Origin: Deltaproteobacteria bacterium
GTDB lineage: Bacteria; CG2-30-53-67
NCBI GenBank assembly: GCA_013151235.1
Contig: JAADIO010000008.1
Location: forward strand, 1 to 64,000
Direction: 5' to 3'
DNA: 64,000 nt
In this document: positions 42,201-52,598 of the stretch, piece by piece
Layout: each line of letters opens with the position of its first letter
How positions within the stretch are numbered: the first letter of the stretch is position 1
The notes under the pieces: generated by a model
What the model saw: the letters and a program-made list of their open reading frames with translations, nothing else
Database searches by the model: none
What the model was told of the DNA's origin: nothing
Program-made: the position numbers and the translations under genes

Positions 42201-44285
42201 ATGAAACGAACAGACCAAAACAAAGTACGCAACATCGGGATCAGCGCACACATCGACTCCGGGAAGACGACCCTGACGGAACGGATTCTTTTTTACACGA
42301 ACCGGATTCATGCCATTCATGATGTCAAGGGGAAAGACGGCGTGGGTGCCACCATGGACTCCATGGAACTGGAAAAGGAGCGGGGAATTACGATCGCTTC
42401 CGCCGCGACCTATTGCGAATGGAAGGACAGTTTCATCAACATTATCGACACCCCGGGACATGTGGACTTTACCATCGAGGTGGAACGGGCACTGCGCGTC
42501 CTCGACGGCGCCGTCCTCGTTCTCTGCTCGGTCGGCGGGGTGCAATCCCAGTCGATTACCGTTGACCGCCAAATGCGGCGTTACAACGTCCCCCGGATTG
42601 CCTTCATTAATAAGTGTGACCGTTCCGGAGCCAATCCTAACCGTGTCATCACCCAGTTGCGGGAAAAATTAGGACACAATGCCGTGGCCATGCAGATTCC
42701 CATCGGCCTCGAAGCCGACTTGCAGGGGGTCGTCGACCTGGTCACGATGAAGGCTTGCTACTTCGACGGTGATAACGGCGAGAAGCTGCACATCGAAGAG
42801 ATCCCGGCGGAACTGCAGGAGGAGGCGGATGCGAAACGGGAAGAGATGCTTGATGCCGTCTCGATGTTTTCCGATGAATTGATGGAGGCAATCCTCGAAG
42901 AAAACGTCACGGAGGAGCTGATTCACGAAGCCGTCCGCAAGGGGACGATTTCTCTGGAACTGACACCGGTCTTCATCGGATCGGCCTATAAAAACAAGGG
43001 GGTCCAGAATCTTCTTGATGCCGTCATTCACTATCTTCCCAATCCTGAAGAAGTCACCAATACGGCCCTTGATCTCGATCAGGACGAAGCGGAAGTCACC
43101 CTCAGTTCCTCTCCGGAGGATCCGACGGTCGCACTGGCCTTCAAACTTGAGGACGGCCGCTACGGACAGCTTACCTATATCCGGATCTATCAGGGAAAGA
43201 TCGCCAAGGGAGATACTCTCTATAATACCCGGAGCGGGAAGAAGATCAAGGTCGGTCGGCTGGTCCGGATGCACTCCGACAATATGGAGGATATCGAAGA
43301 GGCCGCAAGCGGCGACATTGTTGCACTCTTCGGTGTGGACTGCTCCTCGGGAGACACCTTCACCGCCCAGGAACTGAATTACACCATGACCTCCATGCAT
43401 GTCCCGGCACCGGTGATCAGCCTGACGGTGACACCGGAGGACAACAAGTCTCAGGTGAACATGTCCAAGGCATTGAATCGTTTCACCAAGGAAGACCCGA
43501 CCTTCCGTACCTATGTGGATCCCGAAAGCGGCGAAACGATCATTTCCGGGATGGGTGAACTGCACCTGGATGTCTACATCGAACGGATGCGGCGGGAATA
43601 CAGTGCCGCTGTAGAAACGGGTATGCCCCAGGTGGCCTATCGGGAAACCATTTCCGTGCGGTCGGATTTCAACTATACCCATAAAAAACAGACCGGCGGT
43701 TCCGGACAGTATGGCCGGGTAGCCGGGTTCATGGAACCCTATCCCGACGGCGAATACAACTTTATCGATGAAATTAAAGGCGGGGCAATTCCGACCGAAT
43801 TCATCCCCTCCTGCGACAAGGGATTCAAGGGATGCATGGAGAAGGGACGGCTCATCGGTTTTCCCATCTCCGGCATTCAGATCACGATCAATGACGGAAG
43901 TTCCCACTCCGTGGACTCTTCCGACGTTGCTTTCCAACAGGCCGCCCGAGGTGCGTTTCTGGAGGCCTACGCCAAAGCCAAACCAGTCATTCTGGAACCG
44001 ATCATGAAGGTCGCAGTGGAAGGTCCCTCGGAATTCCAGGGTTCCATTCTCGGCACCCTGAATCAACGCCGGGGGATGATCTCCGGGGTCACGGAAGACG
44101 GAAGCTTCTCCGTCGTCGAAGCCGAGGTCCCGCTGGCCGAAATGTTCGGATATTCTACGGTACTCCGCTCCTCCACGCAGGGAAAGGCGGAATTCACCAT
44201 GGAGTTTGCCCGCTACAAGCAGGTCCCGCAAAGCATTGCGGAAGAACTGGTCAAAGAATATTCCGAGCAGAAAAAGAGCGCATAA
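42201..44285 (+). CDS. fusA: Elongation factor G (stand-alone copy)
   Basis: [26 protein letters not shown] and [10 protein letters not shown] motifs; not flanked by rpsG/tuf. Confidence 0.98.
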   Translation: MKRTDQNKVRNIGISAHIDSGKTTLTERILFYTNRIHAIHDVKGKDGVGATMDSMELEKERGITIASAATYCEWKDSFINIIDTPGHVDFTIEVERALRVLDGAVLVLCSVGGVQSQSITVDRQMRRYNVPRIAFINKCDRSGANPNRVITQLREKLGHNAVAMQIPIGLEADLQGVVDLVTMKACYFDGDNGEKLHIEEIPAELQEEADAKREEMLDAVSMFSDELMEAILEENVTEELIHEAVRKGTISLELTPVFIGSAYKNKGVQNLLDAVIHYLPNPEEVTNTALDLDQDEAEVTLSSSPEDPTVALAFKLEDGRYGQLTYIRIYQGKIAKGDTLYNTRSGKKIKVGRLVRMHSDNMEDIEEAASGDIVALFGVDCSSGDTFTAQELNYTMTSMHVPAPVISLTVTPEDNKSQVNMSKALNRFTKEDPTFRTYVDPESGETIISGMGELHLDVYIERMRREYSAAVETGMPQVAYRETISVRSDFNYTHKKQTGGSGQYGRVAGFMEPYPDGEYNFIDEIKGGAIPTEFIPSCDKGFKGCMEKGRLIGFPISGIQITINDGSSHSVDSSDVAFQQAARGAFLEAYAKAKPVILEPIMKVAVEGPSEFQGSILGTLNQRRGMISGVTEDGSFSVVEAEVPLAEMFGYSTVLRSSTQGKAEFTMEFARYKQVPQSIAEELVKEYSEQKKSA

Positions 44286-44360
44286 GGTTTTGTGTAACCT
44301 CGCACGTTCTTCTTTCTGAAGATCCCCCGTCTGAGGAATCCTGAACCGGGAGACCGGACG

Positions 44361-45071
44361 ATGCTGAAACAGGAGTTCACCTTGAAGAGTCCGATGAGAA
44401 TCTTGCAAAAAGCAACACAGGGAGGTTTGGGAAAAGGCAACCTCGGTGTCTTCATGGCCCGGGCGGGAGTCGGCAAGACGGCCTGCCTGATCCATGTAGC
44501 GCTGGACAGTCTGTTCAAGAACCAGAAGGCCGTCCATGTAGGAATCGGGGAATCGGTGGAGGAGATCCGGCTCTGGTATCGTGAGATACTTTCCGACCTC
44601 TGCACCGGTTTCGAAATCCAAAACCCGGAAAAGCTCTCCGAAGAGCTGGAACGGCAGCGCATCATTCTCTCCTATACTCCGGAGACCTTTACCGTACGAA
44701 AGCTCGCCCTGGATCTGGAGGACCTCGCCAAAGACGGCGGTTTTCTGCCGGAGATTCTCCTGATCGACGGTTTCGATTTTGAAAAGGAAGACTCCGGCTG
44801 GGATACGCTGGCGGCCTTTGAATATCTGGCCAAGGATCGATCACTGGAGGTCTGGTTCTCCGCCCGGACACACCGGGATTCAAAAATCATCAACGAGCGA
44901 GGAATTCCCGCTCCCTGTCACGAGGTGGATGACCTCTTCTCCGTCATCATCTTTCTGGAACCGAAAGAGGCGGTGATTCAACTCAAGCTCCTGAAAGATC
45001 ATGACCATCCCGTTGAGGAAGATCTGCCGCTTCGTCTGAATCCGAACACCTTCCTTTTGATGGACGAATAA
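44361..45071 (+). CDS. RecA/KaiC-like P-loop ATPase
   Basis: ARAGVGKT Walker A and LLIDG Walker B. Confidence 0.8.
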   Translation: MLKQEFTLKSPMRILQKATQGGLGKGNLGVFMARAGVGKTACLIHVALDSLFKNQKAVHVGIGESVEEIRLWYREILSDLCTGFEIQNPEKLSEELERQRIILSYTPETFTVRKLALDLEDLAKDGGFLPEILLIDGFDFEKEDSGWDTLAAFEYLAKDRSLEVWFSARTHRDSKIINERGIPAPCHEVDDLFSVIIFLEPKEAVIQLKLLKDHDHPVEEDLPLRLNPNTFLLMDE

Positions 45072-45148
45072 ATACCTTTTGAAGGTTGCAATCCCTGTTC
45101 AATGCAGGTATGATCTAAGCACTTTCAATGAAAGAAAAAGGAGCCCCA

Positions 45149-45472
45149 TTGAAAAACGAAACCAACCCCACCTGTCCACATTGCAGCCGTACGATGGAAG
45201 AATATCAGATGCCGGATCTCCGGTATTCCGAGATTCCGATCTGGGGGAGCAATTTTCTCTGGGTCTGCACCAACGATGAGTGCCCTCTCTTCGTTAATGG
45301 ATGGAAAAACATGGCGGAAAAACATGGGCAACTGGCCTCCTTCCGCTACATGATTCAGCCCGATTCCGGTGAAGCCGGTGTCATCCCGGCCTTCAACGCC
45401 AATGTTTTTGACGTTCTGATGGAAGAACGGAGAAGATACCGGGGAAGTTTCGATAACGGCAATCTCCTCTGA
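45149..45472 (+). CDS. Zinc-ribbon hypothetical protein
   Basis: CPHC ... CTNDEC; AGGAG RBS before TTG. Confidence 0.72.
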   Translation: MKNETNPTCPHCSRTMEEYQMPDLRYSEIPIWGSNFLWVCTNDECPLFVNGWKNMAEKHGQLASFRYMIQPDSGEAGVIPAFNANVFDVLMEERRRYRGSFDNGNLL

Positions 45473-45565
45473 CGGTACGACCGCTCTCCCGCGCAGAACC
45501 GACACTTCAGGGATATTTCTTCTTTCTCATCGGATAAAAAAATTTAACATTTCTTCGTTTTTTTC

Positions 45566-45592
45566 TAAAGTTCGCGCCGAGACTGCCGATAA
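45566..45592 (+). promoter_or_regulatory. Sigma28 (FliA) promoter of flgM
   Basis: TAAA-N15-GCCGATAA, a perfect consensus match. Confidence 0.88.
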
Positions 45593-45695
45593 GATGTAAG
45601 AGAAAGGAGAGGAAGAAATGCAAAACTTAACACCAAACATGAGGTTAACCCCTTAACTATCTGTTTTTATTGCACGTTACTTCATGGGAGAAAAA

Positions 45696-46019
45696 ATGAA
45701 GATCCCCTCTTCAAACCAGATTCATAGTCAGGATCCCTTGCAACGGAAACCCGAGACGCAGGGCATTGAACCATCCTCCACTCAGGGACGGAAAAATACG
45801 GAGGTCAACAACACCCTGCAGGGAGACCGGATTGAGATCTCCGGTCAGGCTCAGGGCATCCTGCAGGCCTCCGAAATTGTCCGGACGACCCCGGAGATCC
45901 GAGCCTCAAAAGTCGAAGAGGTTAAACGGGCCGTCGATCAGGGTATCTACCGGGTGGACAGCAATAAAGTCGCAGGCCGGATGCTGGATCAAATAAGGGA
46001 GGAACTGCTGGAAATGTAG
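45696..46019 (+). CDS. flgM: Anti-sigma28 factor FlgM
   Basis: DRIEISGQA and PEIRASKVEEVKRAVDQGIYRVDSNKVAGRML motifs; sigma28 promoter. Confidence 0.9.
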   Translation: MKIPSSNQIHSQDPLQRKPETQGIEPSSTQGRKNTEVNNTLQGDRIEISGQAQGILQASEIVRTTPEIRASKVEEVKRAVDQGIYRVDSNKVAGRMLDQIREELLEM

Positions 46020-46083
46020 CACCACTCGATTGATCGCGGATTTTCCGCAGGAGGGTTCGGGAGTAGATCGGAGGTAAGACATC

Positions 46084-46434
46084 ATGATTGATGGATTGCA
46101 CGCCGCCTACTCAGGTCTGGTTGCACAGGGAAAAAAGGTCGGTGTCGGCGCAAACAACATCGCCAATGCTGAATCAAAGGACTTCAAGAGAAGCCGCCTC
46201 GCCTTCGAGACGAACAGCGAAGGAGGCGTCAGCTCTCAGGTGGAGCAGGTCAATACCGAGGAGGCCTTTTCTCAACCGGTGGAGGGAAACAGCAATACCG
46301 CAAGTTCCAATGATGTAGATCTCGGCAAAGAAATATTCGAAATGTCCAATGCCCAGCGAGGCTTCGAGGCCAACGCCGCTTTTTTCCGGACCGAGGAAGA
46401 ACCCGTAGGGACACTGCTTGATATCACGGCATGA
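46084..46434 (+). CDS. Small flagellar basal-body rod-like protein (FlgB/FlgC-type N- and C-terminal motifs only)
   Basis: ANNIANAES.DFK and SNDVDLGKEIFEM...FEANA...GTLLDI motifs. Confidence 0.8.
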   Translation: MIDGLHAAYSGLVAQGKKVGVGANNIANAESKDFKRSRLAFETNSEGGVSSQVEQVNTEEAFSQPVEGNSNTASSNDVDLGKEIFEMSNAQRGFEANAAFFRTEEEPVGTLLDITA

Positions 46435-46448
46435 TATTATGGCCAATC

Positions 46449-46478
46449 AAAAAAGCCGAGGTTCATCTCCGGCTTTTT
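46449..46478. terminator. Bidirectional intrinsic terminator
   Basis: AAAAAAGCCG...CGGCTTTTT between convergent genes. Confidence 0.7.
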
Positions 46479-46515
46479 CCGTCTTGGTTCATACTCTGCT
46501 CGTCCGCCAGGCAGT

Positions 46516-47031
46516 TCATCTCCCCTGCTTTAATTCCAGAACATTGCCTTCCGGTTCCCCATGCCGGTCACCTCGCCCATGGCCGATTTCCTGCAGAATA
46601 TCGTGACGGGGCGTATATTGATTCTCCAGCAGGATCACCTGTTTTCCCTGCCGTTTTTCCACATTAATCACCAGGGGCCCCTGAAGGTTCGCCGTGAGCG
46701 TCTTCGGTTCCCGGTAAAGGGTCACAATGCAGAGGACCAGCGTTTCGGTCTCCTCCGTAATCCCGAGATGGGCGACTTCCTCCTGCTGCACCATCACATG
46801 ATAGTCGGAACGAAAAACCTGTGGTTCCAAGGTCAGGAAGGCAATGGAAGGATCGTTCAGCGACTGCATCCACCGGAAAGGGCTGTCCTCCTCCCGGTCC
46901 AGCAGAATAAACCTTTTGAGATGAGGCATTCCCACAAGTCCGGACGGAAAGGTCAGGAGCTTCTCCTCTTCGATTTCAATCTCGCCGAACAACCTTGTTT
47001 GGATAATCAAAAGGTTCTCCTCTCTCAACAC
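46516..47031 (-). CDS. fliW: Flagellar assembly factor / CsrA antagonist FliW
   Basis: TRLFGEIEI, FPSGLVG, WMQS and TANLQGPLVIN motifs. Confidence 0.93.
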   Translation of the reverse strand: MLREENLLIIQTRLFGEIEIEEEKLLTFPSGLVGMPHLKRFILLDREEDSPFRWMQSLNDPSIAFLTLEPQVFRSDYHVMVQQEEVAHLGITEETETLVLCIVTLYREPKTLTANLQGPLVINVEKRQGKQVILLENQYTPRHDILQEIGHGRGDRHGEPEGNVLELKQGR

Positions 47032-47273
47032 TATTCCGGTTTTTCTTTACGGTTCAGGAATTCCGCCATATCCCGGGCCTCCTCCAGGTTCATTGCAGAA
47101 GCCCGGCGATTTTCTTCCTGAATCTGGCGGTAAATTTCGCCGCGGTAAACGGAAACGAAGGCCGGCGCTTCAATTCCAATCCGCACCTGTTTTCCCTTGA
47201 TCTCTTTGACAACAATACGAATCTCGTCGTTCAGAAAAATATCTTGGCCTAACTTCCTTGTCAAGACCAGCAT
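47031..47273 (-). CDS. csrA: Carbon storage regulator CsrA
   Basis: MLVLTRK...QVRIGIEAP...VYRGEIY..IQEEN. Confidence 0.96.
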   Translation of the reverse strand: MLVLTRKLGQDIFLNDEIRIVVKEIKGKQVRIGIEAPAFVSVYRGEIYRQIQEENRRASAMNLEEARDMAEFLNRKEKPE

Positions 47274-47314
47274 GGGGACCTCACCATCCTCTCCGGCGCA
47301 AAACCGGGGAAAGA

Positions 47315-48199
47315 TTATTTCAGAAAATTCAATAAATTGGTCTGGAGGATTTTTGCCGAGGATGCCATCACCGCTTGAAGAGCAACCTCTTGTTTTGAAA
47401 AATTCATCATGGCCTGACTCATATCCACATCTTCCGTATCGGAAATCAACTCCGTCGTGTCAAGGTTGATCTGATCAAGAACGTTGGAAGCACCATCAAG
47501 ATTGTTCACCCGATAGCCCGTAATGGACCAGGCGGACATGATCTGTTCTTCCGACGCATCAAGATTTCCGATGCTGGTCTGGATGCCGGAAAGATCATTT
47601 CCGGATAACGCGGTTTGCAGGTCGGTCAACGTCTGGAAGAGATCAACCCCCCCGGCCGCCCCCAACACATTCTCGCCGGGAAAGTTCAGTTTGATCGTAC
47701 TGTTCTTCCCGATCCGGATCTCGATTTCGCCGTCGTCGCCGGAATAATTACCGCTGCTGTCATAAGGAGGGGAGGAGACGTCATATCCGCCGAAAATGTA
47801 CTCATCCCCTACCTGGGTATTTGCCAAGCTTACCAGCTGCGATTTGATCGTCGCGATACTTTGTGCCATGTTATCCAGTTCCGTCGATGAATGATTCCCG
47901 TTGGCCCCCTGCAAAGCAATCTCTTTGGCGGAAACCCGTAGACTATTAATCAGGTTCAGCGTCGATTCCGTCTGATTGAGAAAGGTTCTCGCATGGCTGA
48001 TATTTTCCTGGTATTGGGCCAGTCGTGAAAGATCCGCCCGGTAACGGGTGACGCGTCCGGCACCGTTTGGGTCATCGGAAGGCCGGTTGATTCTCTTCCC
48101 GGACGAGACCTGTTCGTTGGCATTAAAATAGGCCGTGGAAGTCTGCTCCAGGTAACGATTGGCCATATTGTAGATCTGACTGTTGGAAACACGCATCAT
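47315..48199 (-). CDS. flgL: Flagellar hook-associated protein 3
   Basis: SSGKRINRPSDDP, LAN...EYIFGG and ED.DM motifs; follows flgK. Confidence 0.93.
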   Translation of the reverse strand: MMRVSNSQIYNMANRYLEQTSTAYFNANEQVSSGKRINRPSDDPNGAGRVTRYRADLSRLAQYQENISHARTFLNQTESTLNLINSLRVSAKEIALQGANGNHSSTELDNMAQSIATIKSQLVSLANTQVGDEYIFGGYDVSSPPYDSSGNYSGDDGEIEIRIGKNSTIKLNFPGENVLGAAGGVDLFQTLTDLQTALSGNDLSGIQTSIGNLDASEEQIMSAWSITGYRVNNLDGASNVLDQINLDTTELISDTEDVDMSQAMMNFSKQEVALQAVMASSAKILQTNLLNFLK

Positions 48200-48210
48200 G
48201 TCCCTCGCAT

Positions 48211-49899
48211 CTAACGTCCCAGGTTCACCAAAATATCCATCAAGTCCTTGGCAACATTGAACATTCGGGCGGCAGCACTATAGGCATTCTGATATTTTAT
48301 CAGATTGACCGATTCCTCATCAATGGAGACCCCGGAGACCGAATCCCTGAGGTTCGTCAGTTCCTGGATGGAAAGGTCATAGAGGTTCTCATCCTTCTCC
48401 GCCTGGCTGGACGCATATCCGACGTCCGACACAAGAAAGCTGTAGGCCTCTCCAAAGGTCGCCGTACCGGCATTCATGGTGTCGCTGTCGGTCAGATCTC
48501 CGATGGCCAGTGCATTCCGGTTGTCCCCTGTTCCACTGACGGAGATGGGATCTTCCGTGGCCGCGGCAATTTTATCCGTCGAGGAGGCCACGGCGCTGCT
48601 CACGGAAATTCCTTTTGCCATACCGGTCTTATTGATCCCAACGGAAAAGATGTCACCTGCAGCCGGCGCTCCCCCCCCGTCGGTGATGACCACCGTAATG
48701 CCGGGGATATCCGTAATGTTTCCTCCCGAGGTATAGCCGGAACCGGTGGCAACGGTCGTCCCTGTCGTGGTATTGACGACATCATAGGCGGAAGACGAGG
48801 TGAATCGAATTTCATAATCGTCAGCCGTCAACGCGGTCGGGTCACTGATCGTTCCGGTACTAATCGAGGCTCCGCCGGTATTACTACTGTCGGCGGAGCT
48901 CGTCAGAGGAACCTGGGTAAAAAAGAGATTGCCTGTAGAACCGTCGAGACCGTACCCGCCATAGTGAACCTTATTCACTTCAATGACGATCCGTGCAGCC
49001 AGATCGTTTAAGGTATCAAGATAGCTTTTTATATCATCATCCCGGGCCTGGATATTGCCGCCCAACTTTCCCCCGCTGATCCGGCTCGTAATATCAGTGA
49101 CCGTTCCCGTAGAATCAACCAGATTCACAACACTGCCGCTACTGCCGTTCGTGACGGAAAGGGAGTTATAGGAAATTCCCTGGACCAAAGAGATTCCTCC
49201 AGGCAGGACGATGGAAACCAGCCCGTCATCCGCCTCCAGAGAATGAACGCCAACCAGTTCCGATATCTGTTGTATTAACAAGTCCCGTTTGTCACGCAGA
49301 TCATTGGCATGTTGTCCCCCGGCCTCAATCGACTGAATCTGAACGTTCAGATCGGTAATCTCCGACGACAAGTCATTGATCTGGTCCACGACGCTGGAAA
49401 TGGACCGATCCGATTCATCCTTGACACCGCTGACATGCTCATAGACACGGGAGAACTCCGATACCAGATTGTTCGCGCTTTGTACCACTCCGGTCCGTTC
49501 CGCCGAACTCTCCGGACGTCCTGCAAGGCTCTCCCATGCATTGAAAAAATCGCTGATCGCGCTTCCCAGCCCTCCCCCGTTCGATTCGTTAAAGACCATC
49601 TCTGCTGCCGTCAGGGTCGCTTTCTTTGCCGTTGCACTCCCGTAGTACTGTTCCTGAAGATTAATCTGGTTGGTCGTAAAATTATCGTGAGTCCGTTCGA
49701 TATGTGAAACCATGACTCCCGTACCAAGCTGACCGACCGATCCAAGAGAGGCAGGATTGGTCGTCTCCATCACGGCAGACTGTTTTGAATAGCCCGGCGT
49801 ATTAACATTGGCAATATTATGCGAACTCACTTCCAGCGCAATCTGCTGGCTCTGAAGCGATTTCAAGCTTGTATCGAGAATCCCGAGAATTGCACCCAT
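48211..49899 (-). CDS. flgK: Flagellar hook-associated protein 1
   Basis: SHNIANVNTPGYSKQ, ANDLRDKRD and VSGVSIDEE..NLIKYQNAY motifs. Confidence 0.95.
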   Translation of the reverse strand: MGAILGILDTSLKSLQSQQIALEVSSHNIANVNTPGYSKQSAVMETTNPASLGSVGQLGTGVMVSHIERTHDNFTTNQINLQEQYYGSATAKKATLTAAEMVFNESNGGGLGSAISDFFNAWESLAGRPESSAERTGVVQSANNLVSEFSRVYEHVSGVKDESDRSISSVVDQINDLSSEITDLNVQIQSIEAGGQHANDLRDKRDLLIQQISELVGVHSLEADDGLVSIVLPGGISLVQGISYNSLSVTNGSSGSVVNLVDSTGTVTDITSRISGGKLGGNIQARDDDIKSYLDTLNDLAARIVIEVNKVHYGGYGLDGSTGNLFFTQVPLTSSADSSNTGGASISTGTISDPTALTADDYEIRFTSSSAYDVVNTTTGTTVATGSGYTSGGNITDIPGITVVITDGGGAPAAGDIFSVGINKTGMAKGISVSSAVASSTDKIAAATEDPISVSGTGDNRNALAIGDLTDSDTMNAGTATFGEAYSFLVSDVGYASSQAEKDENLYDLSIQELTNLRDSVSGVSIDEESVNLIKYQNAYSAAARMFNVAKDLMDILVNLGR

Positions 49900-49914
49900 G
49901 CTGTCCTTGCCTTT

Positions 49915-50418
49915 CTATGCCCGCTGATTCACACGACACTCCGATTCCTCTTTTGTCTCGATTTGTCCGTCCGGGCTGTAGACCGGTTGACCGGAGGGAT
50001 GCTGAAAAATCGAGAGGGACCCGCGGATAAAATCCAGGGAGGTCCCTACAAGACCTTCATTCATCTTCACAAGGTTCTGAACAGTCGTCAGGAGTTCACG
50101 CAATTCCCCCTGACAGGCGGACAGAGGTACCGAGCAGCGGCCGCCGGAGGCTTGAATGATCCGGGAAAGAGGAGGGTCCTCTCCGGGAATGCCGCAAAGG
50201 GAACAGATCTTCTCCACAAGGGTTTGACGGCTCTCTTCCAGAAGTTTGCTTTTCAGATAGACCGTTTCTTTCTTTTTTTCAACCTCTTCGATCACTTCCA
50301 GGTCGGCCAGGATCAGCCCTTTCTGCTCTTCCTGAAGAAGATCAATGAGGGAACGGTAAATTCGGACCTCTTCCTGCAAAACATCAAGAAGGGCCTCGAA
50401 AGTTTCCATTTTCTTCAT
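49915..50418 (-). CDS. flgN: Flagellar export chaperone FlgN
   Basis: Helical LLQEEQKGL...MNEGLV..SL...YSPDG pattern directly upstream of flgK. Confidence 0.85.
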   Translation of the reverse strand: MKKMETFEALLDVLQEEVRIYRSLIDLLQEEQKGLILADLEVIEEVEKKKETVYLKSKLLEESRQTLVEKICSLCGIPGEDPPLSRIIQASGGRCSVPLSACQGELRELLTTVQNLVKMNEGLVGTSLDFIRGSLSIFQHPSGQPVYSPDGQIETKEESECRVNQRA

Positions 50419-50557
50419 GGGAACCTCCCCGGTCGGATGGGGTTTCATGTGACGGAAATGTCGATTCTGTCCCGGAAGTACACTGTACGTGATTGCATGT
50501 TCATTCCTTTTCATATTGCACCCGTCTCCGCCTCTCACAGCAAGGCTTTTTTTTTTC

Positions 50558-50585
50558 TTATCGGCAAACTCTTCCCGAAACTTTA
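50558..50585 (-). promoter_or_regulatory. Sigma28-like internal promoter upstream of flgN
   Basis: TAAA-N16-GCCGATAA, with the spacer 1 nt longer than consensus. Confidence 0.65.
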
Positions 50586-50618
50586 TGATCTGCCGCATTT
50601 TTCATTTCCGTCGGTCCC

Positions 50619-51413
50619 TCATATCACTGCCATCCGGGAATGAATATAGCGGGAGGGGTTGACTGCCTTTCCAGCTTTTCTAATCTCGAAATGGAGATGA
50701 GGCCCGGTGGCACGGCCTGTGCAACCGACACGGCCGAGGATCTCCCCTTTCCGGACATACTCCCCTTCCCTGCATTCATTTTCTTGATTGTGGGCATAGA
50801 CCGTTTCCACACCACCGGCATGACGCAGGATAACAACCTTTCCATACCCCCGTATTTCCCCACTGAATATCACCTTTCCGTTGCCGGCCGCCCGCACCGG
50901 AGACCCGGCTGGAAGAGCAATGTCGATCCCGTCGTGCCATTTCCGCTCTCCGGTGAAGGGATCCCGCCGCCACCCGTAACCGGATGAAATTTGTGCCGAA
51001 ACGGTAAGACCTAAATCCTGATTCAAATGTCCCACCCCCTGCAGTGATGATTCGACTTTCAGGGGCGACGCATGTCTTGCTCCGGTTTGCCGTTCCAGTT
51101 GACGGCTGATCATGTCGGCCAGACCGAGTCCTCCCCGTTGAGAAAGTTCATGCGCAATCTGTTCATCGAGCATGGAACGATAAATATTTTCCGCCTTCCG
51201 GTTACCCAGAAGATCCGACTGCATCACCGTATCGCGCATCTTTTTAATCATATAAGTCAGCAGGAAGGATTCAAACTCATGTCCCGCCTTGATGGCTTCT
51301 TTTTTGTCTTGGGAGTGAGGGGAGGTGCCGGCAAAGGTCTTTTCAATTCGTTCAGACTTTTCCATGAACCCGGATTGTGCGAACCCGGATTGAAGGGGCG
51401 AAATATTTTTCAT
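50619..51413 (-). CDS. flgJ: FlgJ rod-binding domain fused to an M23 peptidase
   Basis: FESFLL..MIKKMR and GGLGLADMI (rod-binding), plus HDGIDIA, YAH and TGPHLHFE (M23). Confidence 0.85.
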   Translation of the reverse strand: MKNISPLQSGFAQSGFMEKSERIEKTFAGTSPHSQDKKEAIKAGHEFESFLLTYMIKKMRDTVMQSDLLGNRKAENIYRSMLDEQIAHELSQRGGLGLADMISRQLERQTGARHASPLKVESSLQGVGHLNQDLGLTVSAQISSGYGWRRDPFTGERKWHDGIDIALPAGSPVRAAGNGKVIFSGEIRGYGKVVILRHAGGVETVYAHNQENECREGEYVRKGEILGRVGCTGRATGPHLHFEIRKAGKAVNPSRYIHSRMAVI

Positions 51414-51425
51414 ACGGTTTCCAAT

Positions 51426-52538
51426 CTAAATAATCTTCAGTTCCGCCTGCAAGGCCCCCGCCGCCTTGATGGCCTGAAAAATAGCGATCAAGTCCGAAGG
51501 GGAGACCCCGATGGAATTCAGGCCCCGCACGACCTCACCGATACTGACCCCGGCAGGAACGAGCATCAACTTTCTCTTTTCCTCCGAGACCTTAACCGTC
51601 GTATCCGGAACCGTCACGGTCTTCCCCGAGGCCAGTGCCCTCGGTTGGGAAACACCGACCCGTTCCTTGATCTCAATACTGAGATTTCCGTGGGAAATGG
51701 CCACCGTTGAGATCCGTACGTGTTCCCCCATAACGACCGTTCCGGTCCGCTCATTCAGGACGACACGGGCATAGGTATCAGGAGCCACATCAATCGCTTC
51801 CAGGCGGGAAATAAAGGAGACCGGATTGTTCTGAAAGTCTTTCGGCAGCATCACCTCCAGTGTTCCACCATCAAGAGCATTCGCCGTATGCGCTCCAAAG
51901 TACTGATTGACGGCTTTAGCAATCCGGTTTGCGGTACAGAAATCAGCAGTCCGCAGGGCTGCACGAATGCGTCCCTGATGAAAAACGGTCATCGGCACCT
52001 CCCGTTCGACCAGTGCCCCGCCGGAGATGACGCCGACGGTGGGATGGTTTTTCTGTACTCCTCCGCCCGACGCACCCCCAAAAGAGAAACCACCGACCGA
52101 AACCTCCCCCTGTGCTACGGCGTAAACCTTACCGTCAGGTCCTTTCAACGGCGTCATGAGAAGGGTCCCCCCCCGCAGACTTGACGCATTCCCGATGGAG
52201 GAGATCTTGATATCCAGCCGGTTGCCATTCCGGGCAAAAGGAGGAAGCGTCGTCGTCACCATCACGGAAGCGACATTCTCCGCCTTGATCCCCTTCACCT
52301 TAGCGGGGTTCACCGTTACCCCAAGACGCTGGAGCATACTGGCCAGGCTCTGGTTGGTGAAGATCGTGGAGGTATCATCCCCCGTGCCGTCCAACCCGAT
52401 CACCAGGCCGTACCCCAACAACTGGTTATCCCGGACCCCTTCGATGTTCACCAGATCCTTGATGCGCGCACCGAAAGCGAACCCCGGAAGTAACAGCATC
52501 CCCAACAACAGTATCCACACTTTAAGAGGCTGGATCAT
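51426..52538 (-). CDS. flgI: Flagellar P-ring protein
   Basis: RIKDL..IEGVRDNQLLGYGLVIGLDGTGD and QAIKAAGALQAEL motifs. Confidence 0.97.
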   Translation of the reverse strand: MIQPLKVWILLLGMLLLPGFAFGARIKDLVNIEGVRDNQLLGYGLVIGLDGTGDDTSTIFTNQSLASMLQRLGVTVNPAKVKGIKAENVASVMVTTTLPPFARNGNRLDIKISSIGNASSLRGGTLLMTPLKGPDGKVYAVAQGEVSVGGFSFGGASGGGVQKNHPTVGVISGGALVEREVPMTVFHQGRIRAALRTADFCTANRIAKAVNQYFGAHTANALDGGTLEVMLPKDFQNNPVSFISRLEAIDVAPDTYARVVLNERTGTVVMGEHVRISTVAISHGNLSIEIKERVGVSQPRALASGKTVTVPDTTVKVSEEKRKLMLVPAGVSIGEVVRGLNSIGVSPSDLIAIFQAIKAAGALQAELKII

Positions 52539-52598
52539 GGTTTCACTCCATGGGAAATTTTGATCGTTTTCATTCACGAAGTCATTCCTTTCCGAAAC

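Noticed and set aside
42669-44621. 650-aa minus-strand ORF
   Set aside because: Antisense shadow of fusA; the same applies to 37892-39388 and 61602-62843
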